In this document: piece after piece, positions 24,861 through 38,096 of the stretch
Layout of the letters: each line of letters starts with the position of its first letter
Position numbering within the stretch: the first letter of the stretch is position 1
Source: Octopus sinensis
Lineage: Eukaryota
Length of the DNA: 64,000 nt
Direction of reading: 5' to 3'
Assembly: GCF_006345805.1 (NCBI RefSeq)
Contig: NC_043008.1
Span: 46,376,001 to 46,440,000 of the forward strand
Notes under the pieces: model-generated
What the model saw: the letters and a program-made list of their open reading frames with translations, nothing else
The model's database searches: none
What the model was told of the DNA's origin: nothing
Made by a program: the position numbers and the translations under genes

Positions 24861-25876
24861 ATGTGTATTGGTAATATCTTATTTATCATATTCCCTCGCC
24901 ATATATCGAGTATTACAAAGTATATGTGTGCCACTAAGAACCGCATCTAAACAATAAAATCCGATTTCTAATGATATCTACGCCAATTGCTGTGGACAAT
25001 ATTTTGAAAGTTAGTAAATCACAATTCTGGTCTGTTTGAAAGTAATAGAGATTTTAATTCATAGATAAATGCTTTTAATCACTTCATCAGACCAGACATT
25101 CATACTTTAATGGGCAGAATTGTATTCTGCTAAGCCAAACTACAGCTCGTCACATGAGACTAATATTTATAAATCACTGTGCACATAAAAATATAATAAA
25201 AGATACAATCATGAATTTAGTTTGAAAATCGCCTACTTTAAATAATTTTTTATAATTATAAAATCATTGAAATATTTTCTAATCTCTGTTTATCTAATTT
25301 GAAGCGCTTTCATAATACTGCACTTTTTTTCTCATTTTAATTACCTTATTAATCTTTCATCCTCATTTAATCTGCAAATAGAGAAAATGCCACATAATAT
25401 ATACATTTTAATAAAATGATTATTCGTAAATAGATATATCCATTTCAAATGCAAACAGAAGGAACCATTAGTATAAATTTAAATGTTTTATATATATATA
25501 TATATATACATACACATACATACATACATACAAAGAATTTGTATGAGTTTCGAGCTAGTTTAGATATGTTAACTTCAGTTTTCATTAGGAATTAATTTAA
25601 GATTCTCATTTCAAATAATTATTATGAACCTATTACAATTTATCGTATTCGATGGTAAACAAAAAATTAAAATCTGATACAAATCTTATACAAATTCCCT
25701 GTGGGAATTTTATCTGTTTATTACTTTTGTTCATTAAATTTACCTGAAATACGGATTGCCTTTTATTTATGAATTATTCAGATAAATTGTCTGCGATATC
25801 AGACCCAATTGTGAGTAATATAGCAAATCGAAATACGAAGGAAAACAAAACTAATGTAAAAGAAGAAAAATATAAA

Positions 25877-25908
<32 letters not shown>

Positions 25909-26840
25909 GTGTGTGTGTGTGTGAGAGAGAGAGTATAGATGCAAACGTGAATCTGGGGTAAGAAGCATCTTTCCGGTTTCATACCTAATGCGTGGCATCG
26001 AAAATGTTTGTCTTCGTAATCATATGGACTGAACGAAAGAAGGTGAGTCACTAGGGGTTACACATGATGGGAATGACTGACGGGGAAAATGAAGAATGAG
26101 GTGAATTCTAAAGCAGAGTGAAAATCATTAACGCAGAAGGTGGTGTCAAGTTGCGGGCGAGAGTGTAAGAAATGACTCTTTGAAAGTCTTTTGTGTAGCA
26201 AATAGGTTGACGACGGTGAAGTGTGAGACAATCAGTGCCTCAATATTGCCAATGAGAGCACAGTTACGGTTCATTCTGATGGCCAATGCTACTAAAATGT
26301 AGTGTAATTTAAAATACCTTACCAGAAGCAATCAACGACGAGTTATTATTATTTTTTTTAGTGTTGAAGAGTAGCGTTGCTAGAATGGAATTGTCAAAAC
26401 GTCGAGAACAGTTAATAGGAAATATAATTACTTACACCTAAGTTAGAATGAATGGCAACACGGGTTTTACTTTTTCTTGAATATTGGATAAAGTTCTTGT
26501 GATTCATTACACAATAAATCTTGCTTGATGGTTTTCTTCATACAAGAAATTATTTCAGAATAATGTTGCTTCTCTCTCGAGAGCGAAAAGTTATATAACA
26601 ACATCTATTTGCACTTCTTTGGAAATATTTTTGCTTTAGCAATAATCTTGGGTATAATTACATAATTTATCTGAAGATGAGAAAAAATCGCTCTTTAAAT
26701 TATTGCAGATATTTTTTGCAACAATCATCTATAAATAACGAACGTTTTCAAATCATTAATGACTTAGTGTTCATGTATGCGTTCGGTTATTATATACGTA
26801 AATGGGGAAAAAACAGGTGTTTTTGTAGAAGTTGATCCAC

Positions 26841-26952
26841 ATTATATTAAACGACCACTGATGAAATTTCCACCATATTGCAAATTATATATATGTAAAA
26901 TCGCAGTACATACATTTTGTCATTCATGTAATATGCTTTTGAGTTTTCGACG

Positions 26953-27006
<54 letters not shown>

Positions 27007-27338
27007 CTTCGATTCACCATCATATTCATACAAATTCACGGAAAGTTTGCTGAAATTTTTTTGAGGCTCCTCACGGTAACTTCAATAGAAGCTTTATTTT
27101 TAATATCATATTACTAGCATGTTCAAGCGCACATGTTTATTGGTTTACTATTGCAAAGTGGCAGCCGTCTGTCAGGCTGTCTAGCTACCTATCTTTCTAT
27201 TTCTTCCAATATATATATATATATAAGAAAACAAATATGTGAATTAATGATGACTTATCTTGCAGTCAATATTTCGGGGTTATGACCCCATTTTGAAGAA
27301 ATTGACGAATTTTGCCGATGCGCGTGAGTGTGAGCGTG

Positions 27339-27402
<64 letters not shown>

Positions 27403-27627
27403 ATATTTACTCTTACTCTTTTACTCTTTTACTTGTTTCAGTCATTTGACTGCGGCCATGCTAGAGCACCGCCTTTAGTCGAGTAAATCGACCCCACGAC
27501 TTATTCTTTGTAAGCCCAGTACTTATTCTATCGGTCTCTTTTGCCGAGCCGCTAATGACGGGGACTTAAACACACCTCCATCGGTTGTCAAGCAATGCTA
27601 GGGGGACAAACACAGACACACAAACAT

Positions 27628-27666
<39 letters not shown>

Positions 27667-27958
27667 CATATATACGACAGGCTTCTTTCAATTTTCGTCT
27701 ACCAAATCCACTCACAAGGCATTGGTCGGCCCGGGGCTATAGCAGAAGACACTTGCCCAAGATGCCACGAAGTGCGACTGAACCCGAACCATGTGGTTGG
27801 TTAGCAAGCTACTTACCACACAGCCACTATATATATATATATATAACGTCGAAAACACTAAAGCATATTACATGAATGTCAAAATGCATATACTGCGATT
27901 TTACATATATATAATTTGCAATATGGTGGAAATTTCATCAGTGGTCGTTTAATATAAT
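26841..27958. repeat. ~114-bp inverted repeat pair (26841-26954, 27845-27958)
   Basis: attatattaaacgaccactgatgaaatttccaccatattgcaaatt...tttcgacgtt matches its reverse complement with few mismatches. Confidence 0.85.
27406..27828 (-). mobile_element. tRNA-derived SINE family A (internal microsatellite, AAGAGTA-type tail)
   Basis: Head agtggctgtgtggtaag...ggttcagt, cttgggcaagtgtc body, internal (TA)/(TG) tract; near-identical to other copies in the window. Confidence 0.9.
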
Positions 27959-28480
27959 ATATATATATATATATATATAATGCGTCAACGGTTTGTTTTG
28001 CAACGGTCATTTTTAGGACATTGAACAATTGACTGTCATAATAAATCAACATATTTGCACAAGGGGTACCGCTATTGCATCGAACTCACGATGACGTTGT
28101 TACCAACATAACTTCTTAATTATACTCCCATGCATGAACTCTAAGATTACCACATTCTACTTATGTCTTTCATAAGATATATAAATATATATATATATAA
28201 CATTTCAACGATTATAAACATTGGTTTGTATTTCTAATTCCAAAATCAGTTTTTTTTGTGACTAAAATGATAATTTCACAATTGTCGTGATTCTGAGCAT
28301 TGTAAGAATCCTTTATACATATATGTAGCAAGCATTCAATGTAATCACATTTAAAAATCAGGAAGACAAAATTTGGACAATCAAAGAACATTCATTCGAT
28401 TATAACACATGGACAATTAGTCTCATTAAATGTCATCTATTGGACTCACGAAATCAATAATTACGGAAGACATGAGTTTT

Positions 28481-28895
28481 AATAATAATAATAATAATTG
28501 TGTACAGTGCTCAGGTGCACTACAATTCATCTAAAGTGTATATATAATCAGGTGTAGTTTCGACGGATTTCGGGAAGCATGAGGGCCTTAAAGGATGCAG
28601 TGTCATGGCAGTCAACAACTGATGCAGGCAGTTTATTCCACGCTTCAGCAACCCTGAGCGTGAAAGGATGTTTCCGAAAGTCATGGGAGCTGTGCTGTTT
28701 TCTGACTTTGTAGGCATGTCCACGTGTGTTAGACACATGGAGATCAAAAAGGTGTTCAGTGTTGTTGTTGGTGAGATGGTTGATAACCTTGTGGGTTTTT
28801 ACCAAGTCCGTCGCCAGACGCCGGAGCTTCAGTGAATCCATGCCCAGGGAAACAAGGCGCTCAGAATATGGTAGGTGTCTGATGGCGGGTATGCG
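28481..28895 (-). mobile_element. CR1-clade LINE 3' fragment with (ATT)n tail
   Basis: SLKLRRLATDL...TRGHAYKV...FTLRVAEAWNKLP...SFK; tail attattattatt at 28481-28498. Confidence 0.85.
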
Positions 28896-29387
28896 TTTTC
28901 TCCCCGTTTACCCTCTACCTCTCTTCCCATGGAGCCGTTGCCACAAATTTCGGACGTATGTATCAATGAAAGGCAGTCAGTAGCCGCTCAGCCTACCAGA
29001 AATAACAGTCAAATGTTCCTCAAAGTGCACTTGAATACCTTTTTAACAGAGGTCAATCAGTACATTACGATTGAGAAATATGCAATTTACTCTTTCACCA
29101 TAGTCACAACTCTACCTTGCCATGACCGACGAGGGAATGTGAAAAAACAGCAATAAACATAAACTCATACGTAATGAAATTGAGTGGAGTGTGCAGAGTG
29201 TGAGACATATTTATACTAACACAACGCAGATCATAAGACTATTCATGGTTTATCGCAGTGTGAAATATATTCTCTAGGTTCTGTAATGTATGGTACAGAC
29301 AGTTCTATTTTTAAGAGATGAGAAATTATGTACCTTATTTACATTATTTACATTCTACGGATATTTGACCTCATCTGGTTTGTTGTT

Positions 29388-29433
29388 AACACAACGTTTC
29401 GGCTGATATACCCTCCAGTCTTCTTCAGGTGTC
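29388..29433 (-). ncRNA. Type I minimal hammerhead ribozyme motif
   Basis: gacac CUGAAGA a gacug(gaggguauau)cagcc GAAAC GUU guguu; intact core, one stem II mismatch, palindromic AACGUU stem III. Confidence 0.7.
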
Positions 29434-29576
29434 GTGAGGAAATTTCGAACCTGGGTTCTCATTCCTAAAGTATTCTTCGATGTTATTATTATTATTGTTT
29501 AGGTCACTGCTTGGAATCGAACTCGGAATCTTGGGGTTAGTAGCCCGCGCTCTTAACCACTACACCATATGCCCAA

Positions 29577-29622
29577 GACACCTAATGAAGGCTGGAGGGT
29601 ATATCAGCTGAAACGTTGTGTT
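29577..29622 (+). ncRNA. Hammerhead motif copy with G5>A core mutation (likely inactive)
   Basis: gacac CUAAUGA a ggcug(...)cagcu GAAAC GUU guguu. Confidence 0.55.
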
Positions 29623-30749
29623 AACAACAAACAAGATGAGGACAAATATCCGTCGAATGTAAATAATGTAAAATAATGTATGGTACATGTTGAACATTAT
29701 ATTTGTCTACCATAAAGTCAAGCAAAAGGAAGGCATATAAATATATTTTCAAAGGCAGTTTTTGAATTAGTTTGAACACGTCTAACTTGGGATTTTTATC
29801 AAGAAGGAAGAAACAACGAAAGTAACAACAATCGCAACCTCAACCCCCATCCACCAACTGCCCGGTTATTAGTTGAACTTCTTTATCAAATTTGATCTGT
29901 CGGTGAAAAACAACAGACTAATATATTAAATGTTAAATATTAGAAAAATAATTATGAACAAGCATGTGATATGTTCATTATCATTTCTAGAATAATTATT
30001 CATTAACATTTTATATTCACAGTTTTTACTTCTGTTCACAATGTAAACTATTATGAAAATAGGTATTTTTAAATAAACTCGTATTCGTCTGTTACATTGC
30101 TACAGCATCACTTTGGGGCCTACTTTAGTTAATGGTGTGTATTTCATTTTGTTGTTCAATGAATATTCATTATGAATACCTTATATTCTATAAATATTCA
30201 TTATGTTAATCACATCTATTCAAAAAGAAAATCGTTACTTTCAGATTTGTAATGACAAGGTTGAGATTGAAAGCCTAAGGAATATAATTCCGGTTTCTCA
30301 TTCTTTGCAAAAGGAACAATATAATGACTTGAGTTAAACGGTCAAAAATAGGAGAATGTCTGTGATTCGCTTCCATGCAATTAAACTGCATATACTTCCT
30401 AGTAATATACGGTATAAATTTGTTTTAATCAGTCAGAGGTATAAAAGAAATTCAGGTATTATAATGAAGTTATTTAATTCGCACACCTGCGTCTTTTATT
30501 CATAAGTGTCATGAAGTGAATGTAGTAAAACGCTATTATAACTTTGGCAATTTCGGGTTATCCAAATGCACCCTGAAATCAAAGAGGAGGAAAAGCCAGG
30601 GAATGGGTTCGCACGGATGGTATTGTTTATTCAGTTTTCCGTCTTTTAATTTTTCTGTAGTTTCAGCTCAGAGCTGCGGCCATGTTGTTCAATAAATATC
30701 TATATTTTAAATATTAATTTTTGTCGAATCTCTATACATACATTTCTAC

Positions 30750-31185
30750 CGCAGGAGTGGCTGTGTGACAAGTAGCTTGCTTACCAACCACATGGTTCCG
30801 GGTTCAGTCCCACTGCGTGGCACCTTGGGCAAGTGTCTTCTACTATAGCCTCGGGTCGACCAAACCCTTGTGAGTGGATTTGGTAGACGGAAACTGAAAG
30901 AAGCCTGTCGTATATATATGTATATATATATATATATTATATATATATATATATTATATATATATATATGCGTATGTGTGTGTGTGTTTATATGTGTTTG
31001 TTCCACCAACATCGGTTATCAAGCGATGTTGGTGAGTTTACGTCCCCGTAACTTAGCGGTTCGGTAAAAGTGACCGATAGAATAAGTACTAGGGTTACAA
31101 AAATGTGTCCTAGGGTCGATTTGCTCGACTAAAAGCGGTGTTCCAGTATGGCCGTAATGAAATGACTGAAACAAGTAAAAGAGTA
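30750..31185 (+). mobile_element. tRNA-derived SINE family A
   Basis: gcaggagtggctgtg...ggttcagtccc...ccttgggcaagt, internal (TA)n, tail acaagtaaaagagta. Confidence 0.9.
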
Positions 31186-31323
31186 TTTCCTCTGACAATT
31201 TCGATATATTATGGGTTATTTAAATGTATTATAAAGATAATATATTTTTCAACAAACAAAGAATAAGAATGCTATGAGTGTGCGTGTGTCTGTGTGTATG
31301 AGTGTGTGTGTGTTTGTATAGAT

Positions 31324-31440
31324 ACAGGCCTAAGTGTGTGATAAGAAATTTGCTTCTAATCACATGGTTTCGGTTTCAGTCTTTTTGCGTTGCAACTTTA
31401 GTTGATTTAATTGATGGAAACTGAAAATAGTTTATCGTAT
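31324..31440 (+). mobile_element. Degenerate SINE family A head fragment
   Basis: cacatggtttcggtttcagt...gatggaaactgaaa similarity to family A. Confidence 0.5.
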
Positions 31441-32576
31441 AAACGATTACAAACTACATACATCCGTGTTGCAGCTAAATGCTTTTTCGTAAAATTCTAA
31501 CATTGTAGCTAAAATAATCAAGAGACACGAGTACAGTAATGAACGGATTTAGGTGTCTATTTTCTATTCGTCAGCTTTCATCTGAAAGCTCATAAACGAA
31601 TAAGGAACAACGACAAACATTATTGAATAATTGTCATTTTACGTAAAGCAATTAAATTATTTCCGATGTTTAATATCTGCATTAACAAAAGCCAAATGAA
31701 GCGATTTATTCTTCTGCAAATCCTACTTGACGGCACTCAGAAGCGGTGAAAATGTTTATGATGTATGAATTTAAGTACAAGGCGATTAACATGTCTAGAC
31801 CATAGCAATGTTTACCAGAAGCATAAATAAATGTTTTGTTAGAGGAAAATTATGCCAATTCAATTATAAACAGCTTCCGAAGTATTTGAAGTAATAGGGA
31901 AAATGTTTATTGCCTTTGTTTAGGTGTGTCTCTGCAGTTACTACGATATCTGAGCTACATGTGTCTAAGCAAACCAATGATGGATTCGGCCAGCAACCAT
32001 ATTTAATGGTCTCAGGTCTCACAAATTAGTGTGTTGTCTCAAGACACGTTTATTCACCAACAGCTTTTCAGAATCAAGATTCATTCACGCGTTGAATGAG
32101 TGGCATTAAGCATATGCTTACAGCGGGAAAATGTCTTCGATCAATCCAGGCTCGAATTCGACGTCGTAATATTAAACTATTTTTCTACATATCAAAACAG
32201 AGCTGTATTCATATGGCATGCACGACTTTTCCAGCGATGTAAATACTGCCAGCCGGATATTTTAAAAGTGTTCCATAGTAATTTTACAGATGATTTGAAC
32301 GTATATGACTTGAAAATAAATATGAAAGAAAGAGTTAATTGAAGAGAAGCATTATTACTCGTCTAATCATAACTATTCGACAAATGTTTGACCAATAGGC
32401 ATTTTAATATTTATTGTACAACAAAAACTAGGAAGCTGCAAGAATTTTGTAATCAAGATTACTTGAAGTGAAGGACTTCATGAAAAGTCAAAGAGGGTAC
32501 ATTTAGTTTAACATCTCCCGTGAGATAAAAACAGTTTAAGTACATTCTCTGCTTCTTAGTTCTTAATTTAGAAGCT

Positions 32577-32577
<1 letters not shown>

Positions 32578-32661
<84 letters not shown>

Positions 32662-32690
32662 CTTCCTTCATTCCTTCCTTCCTTCCTTCG
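32578..32690. repeat. (TATC)n followed by (TTCC)n
   Basis: About 21 perfect tatc units, then ttcc units. Confidence 0.95.
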
Positions 32691-32914
32691 TCTCTCTTAT
32701 TATCTGTTCGCAATGCAGTTTCAAATGGCTCAACCAAATCAAATTAAAGTTTACATAGAAATACTATCAGACCCCGTGAGTATCAACATGTAAATTTCTT
32801 TGGATTAAAATAATACAACATTGGCACTGGTTCCGTATTACGTGTCAAAACTCAAAGAATAAAAGCGAAATAATAAATTCTATATTGTAATGTGATATAT
32901 TGTACTTTATAGTT

Positions 32915-33365
32915 ATACTTTCAATTCTAACCATATCGACGACGTGTGTGAGTGTATGAGTGCATCTATGCCTCGCAGTGTGTATGTGCCTTTCCGCGCT
33001 AGGTACGTTATTAAATATACAACATATATGTGAGAGCTGGTTAAGCAAAGACGAGGAAGTCGACGTCACATTTTGTATATGACTATGTATCTGTCTTTGA
33101 ATGTATGTGTATGAGTATATGAATGTGTTTATAATACACGGTGTGTGCACCTTTCCGCGTTAGGTACGTTACTAAATATACTCTATCACTTTTTACTTTT
33201 AATTCTAACCACGATGACGGCGTCACATCGTGCATATGACGGTGTATCTGTCAGCGAAGGTATGTGTGCGAGTGTATGAGTATGTATATGCCTCACGGTG
33301 TGTTGTGTATTCCGCGTTAGGCTCGTTATTAAATACACTGTATGTACGTGAGGGCTGGTCTGTGT
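32915..33365. repeat. Degenerate ~160-bp tandem repeat, about 3 units
   Basis: Core TTCCGCGYTAGGYWCGTTAYTAAATAYAC at 32992, 33153 and 33310. Confidence 0.75.
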
Positions 33366-33884
33366 CGATGCGAAATATTGTTTTAATTTCGATCAAAACT
33401 ATACAAAATTTCATAGAAATAATCTTTCTTTTACGGGGATTTACTTGCAAAGCAAATGACTTGGTCTGAGATCGTGTGCACGGAACTTATATATATATAT
33501 ATATATATATATACACGCAACCTTCGATGGAGTAACAGTTATATATACAACTTGAAGAGATACATATATCACTGCTTAAATATACAATTAATCTTATTCG
33601 TTAGGAATAAAGACCACATGTAGTTGCATACATACACATTTATAAATGTGTCCCTAATTCGTAATCAATATAAAAGAGAGTGGGACAGCAAAAAAGCAAC
33701 GCCTGTCAGCTGAGAAAATAAATGGCGATGGATTGAATAAGGAAGCGTTAACCAAATCAAAAATTCAGTATTTTCCGTATCTCATTTTACCTCTGTAAAT
33801 TCTGCTTAAAATATACGATTGAGTAAATTCCCTTTATATATTTCACCATTCATACACAACTTTTCATCAATTAAACTATTATTT

Positions 33885-33932
<48 letters not shown>

Positions 33933-35344
33933 GAGAGAAAGAGATATGATTTTATTTCTTTCTTTGGTGAGAAAATTGATCGTATATATAATTCCTTAAT
34001 GATTTAAATGAAAATGAACATAGACCATCTAGATACATGATCCCAACTTTCTCCAATAAGGGAGAAATATTTTTTCATATGTTCTCTCACGCATAAGAAA
34101 AAGACATCGCATAATGATAAAGCAAAAAAAAAAACTACCCGGAGTTGGTCTCTCCCCTTGAGGGAAATTTCTCCCTCTCCTCTATTAGCAAACTCTCTTC
34201 ATCCTAAAAAGCAACCGTGGACGATAGCACCGACAGTCACCAGTCAAATTTCTCATGGATGTGGGAATAATTCTTTAATTATATTTAATTCGCAACTGCT
34301 GCGATAGACTTGATCCGTAATAAACTCTTACGTAAAATGTCAGTCGATATCATGTCATGTTATATGTATAAATCTATGGAGGGGTACCTGCATTTTACAT
34401 TTAGACACTCTGTGTCTATCGAAGTGTCTATGATACACATGATTTACGTTTCTCTTTCATATTGACTACCCTGCTAAAATCCAATATCACAAAAGAACCT
34501 GTTAACTTAATAGCTTAGCAATGATTTATTTTAAAGCCTAAACATTCATCTACTTCGCCAAGCTTTACTCCAAAAGCCCTAAAGGAAATGATAATGATTA
34601 CATATTCCTATAGATATAAATTTTTGCAGGTAAATTCTAACTAGTAAAAATATTTTCCTATACTAATGTTTATATCAATTTCTGGGAAATTGACTTCTTT
34701 AAGATTATAATTAATTGTGGCTTCGACGCCTCGCTGTAACGATTCTGCCAGCTCACCGCTTTGCTCTACGTAAATAATAATGCTTATTACGAATATTTAT
34801 AGATTTTGCATACAATATGTCAGAAATTTTGAAAATGTGCTGTTTTTGCATAAAGTAAATCTGCTGTCGCTTGAAAAATGTGTATAACTTGTCTGGAAAC
34901 AAATTTATCCATGTGTAAATATGCGTTGATTGTGGTAGAGGACACACAGACACGTACGGTTGTGGAAGTTGCAGGAGTATTTATTGTAGAATAACACAAT
35001 GTAGAATAAAGTGTGAGTCATTGACTACACCATACTGCACATATTAAAAGTAATTGAAGCCTGTATAATATTTTGGTTAATGATAAACATAATTTGCTTA
35101 TTTTGCGGTTATTTTTGCATTTTTATTTACATCGACACACCCTTAGTAGCAACTTGCATCTTGTACATTTTTCAACAATATCGCCGACTGGAAAAATCGA
35201 ATATTCTTTCATACAACCCAAAACGTAATTATCACTAAGTTTAGTAAAAGACTCATTGCCATAATTGAGCGCTCGGCTGCTCTCGTATTTATATACAGAA
35301 TGCACGTTCGTGCACACACGCACACACACACACACACACACCAC

Positions 35345-35375
<31 letters not shown>

Positions 35376-36083
35376 AACACACACACGCGCACACAGAGTT
35401 TTATATGCTGTTTTTGTAGTTGTTTTCGAGAAATGAGGTATTTGGATTGATTGTAAAGTTGTTAATATAAGTGAATTATGTGACAATTTTATTACAACAC
35501 GTGACTGACCGTAAAAAATCGATTAGTAAGAGACGTATTGATTTGTGCTAGGATATGGGGCAAAATGTATCCAGAAAAAGATCACACGTTCTGCAGAAAA
35601 CTGTATATATTTAAAGTTAATTTATTGTATAATATTCCTCCATTCAAGTATTATAACACGGAAATGTGACTTATTGTTCGCTAAAACTTCAAACGTAATT
35701 ATTTCAATCGTAGAAATAAAACTGTCATTGCGGCTTGACTGAGATTTTCTGCCTGGCTGCCTGGCTGTTCTTATCACAGCATTGATATGTGTAGAAGGCC
35801 TGTATCAATGGAGTATCACGGATAATCGGTTTACTACTTTTTGCATTTACATTTGCCTTCCTTCGGTTGTAAAGGCAGAAATATTCTCCTCGTATACAAA
35901 ACACTAGTTCATATTTGTGTGTGTTTTCTGTTTGTGTGTAAAAATGTGGGTGCGTGCGTTTGTGTGTGTGTAAGAGTGTGCGCGCGTTTGTGTCTGTGTG
36001 CGCGCGCGTTTGTGTCTGTATTCCTTATTTAAAATTATTTTAATGAGAAAATGTCAGTATAAATGAATGACATATTCTCACGC

Positions 36084-36120
<37 letters not shown>

Positions 36121-36129
36121 GGTAAATAC

Positions 36130-37200
36130 ATATGTATACGTGGGCACAGGACATCACGAAACGTGTACAACACGTCATTGTTCACGGTACAGTCACACTC
36201 CAAAATACCAAGGAGAAGGTGGGTGGTGTCACTCACAAAAAATATCGCTGTAACTTTATGTGGAAAATTCTGGACACGATGTGTGACACGATTCAATATA
36301 GTTCGATCCGTTATTTCCGAATCAATCTAACTTTTGCACATTTCATTCCCCCACAGAGAAGAGTAAGTTTCCACTCTTCTCCCCTAATCGAGTGTCCACT
36401 GCTGATATATCCTCTCCGTCGTCTACCAAAGTCTTGCCTCGTCTATCAAGTATTTTGACCGCAGTCCGTTTACGCTGTAAGCTCAGGGATTGCGTGCTTT
36501 TTGTCTGCACCAATAAATTCATTCATTGACGCAGGATTTGTGTCATACATTATAGTCAGTCTCCTTTCAATTGTTCTTCTTAAACGCTGGTTTCCTCTTC
36601 TTTAAAATTCTTCATCCTTTTGTGTCTTTTGGGATTTCCTATTGGCTTAACTCCGCATCTAATCTGTACATCTTTGTGAACGTTGGGAAACCTAAATAAT
36701 TTATTTGTCGGCAATTCCAGCACGCTGGCAAGAACAGGGTGAAGTATGCTTAAAGGGGATAAGTTAGTCTACGTAATGGTGCAGTTTGAAAGACGTATGT
36801 TACATAAGTCATGCTCATTTGTGCTTTTCTCTCGGAAAACTGTAAAATATTTAAGAATATATTACCAACAATAAAAACATATGTGTGTACACTATGACAG
36901 GGTATTTCTGCTGCTTATTTCTTTATTAGTTGACTCATACAGCATTAAGACTTCTTGTTAGCAAAAGGGTCTGTAAATTTCTGCCCGAAGGTGCACAGAC
37001 CTGGAGAAACTTTAGTACCCATATCGTAGAGCAACAGTTGTCCGTGTCTACAAATATCTATGTGTGCTACCATTGCTCTGTCTATGGGAGAAGCTGTCTG
37101 ATGGATTTTAGCAACAGCATCGTTATCTAAAGGCTGATCATTGAACTCTTCTTTCTGATTTAGTAACAACTCCAAACCTCCAGGACCGCATTTGATTTCG
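36130..37200 (-). pseudogene. Possible Merlin (IS1016/IS1595-like) DDE transposase fossils, two segments
   Basis: Manual translation across frameshifts: IDEA-FGRRRR...ITDRTIL...IFFVSD...TVNN...FRD...IH (36130-36460) and WRFGVV...RQLLP*TEQW...VDTD...KFTDP (36945-37200). Confidence 0.4.
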
Positions 37201-37837
37201 GGTGTATTTGAACTCATAGCGTATGTTTTGAAACAAATACTGCAAGATTTTTCATCCAATTATTCATACATACAAGCGCACTCATATATCAGCATTCACA
37301 AAAACCAATTCATACACGCACATATATATAAGTTTCGAAAGAGAGTAAGATATTCCACGGCATATTAATACTATAGACATGCTATTAATATTCTGAAAAT
37401 CTGCTCTCACTTGGTTGATGTATTAGGGAAGAAGGCGTAGCAGCATTTAGACATTCAATAATCATAAAATATAAGTCAACATCCAGTAAAATTTATGAAT
37501 ATGTTTGTTTTTTTAGTTGTTATATTTTTGATGTCCCATAATTGATTAGCAAATATGATTATAATAAATATAAAAATTATTTCCGATATACCATTTGGAA
37601 ATTTATCGATGGTTGCTATGTACTTGAATCTCAACTGCAACTTAGCGGTGAGTTAATGTGAGTGAGATTGAGAGGGAATATAACGGGGAATAAATGAGAA
37701 AGATAACATATTCTATCCACTTGCTTTTTCTGAGTAAACAGAACTACCTTTCACATTTTCCACACGAGCAATATGCCTTTCATTTCATCACGTACACACA
37801 TACCCCGCACACACACACATTTATATGTTCATATATA

Positions 37838-37849
37838 TATATGTGTGTT

Positions 37850-37907
<58 letters not shown>

Positions 37908-37936
37908 TATATATATATAAATATATATATATAAAT

Positions 37937-37967
<31 letters not shown>

Positions 37968-37984
37968 AATATATATGTATAAAT

Positions 37985-38017
<33 letters not shown>

Positions 38018-38042
38018 AATATATATATATAATATATATATA

Positions 38043-38093
<51 letters not shown>
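37838..38093. repeat. Long (TA)n tract with periodic TAAA interruptions
   Basis: Direct inspection. Confidence 0.95.

Positions 38094-38096
<3 letters not shown>

Larger units (their letters stand above)
29298..29673 (-). mobile_element. tRNA-headed SINE-like element with hammerhead tail and inverted 3' duplication
   Basis: tRNA-like head 29574-29501 (A box TGGTGTAGTGG, B box GAGTTCGATTCC); hammerhead motifs at 29388-29433 (-) and 29577-29622 (+); 14-bp direct repeat TAATGTATGGTACA at 29284-29297 and 29674-29687. Confidence 0.8.

Noticed and set aside
29501-29574. tRNA gene
   Set aside because: Acceptor and anticodon stems pair poorly, and the sequence is embedded in a repeat; it is a SINE head.
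32915-33365. CRISPR-like repeat-spacer array
   Set aside because: Eukaryotic context, spacers related to each other, ~130-bp spacers, no cas genes.
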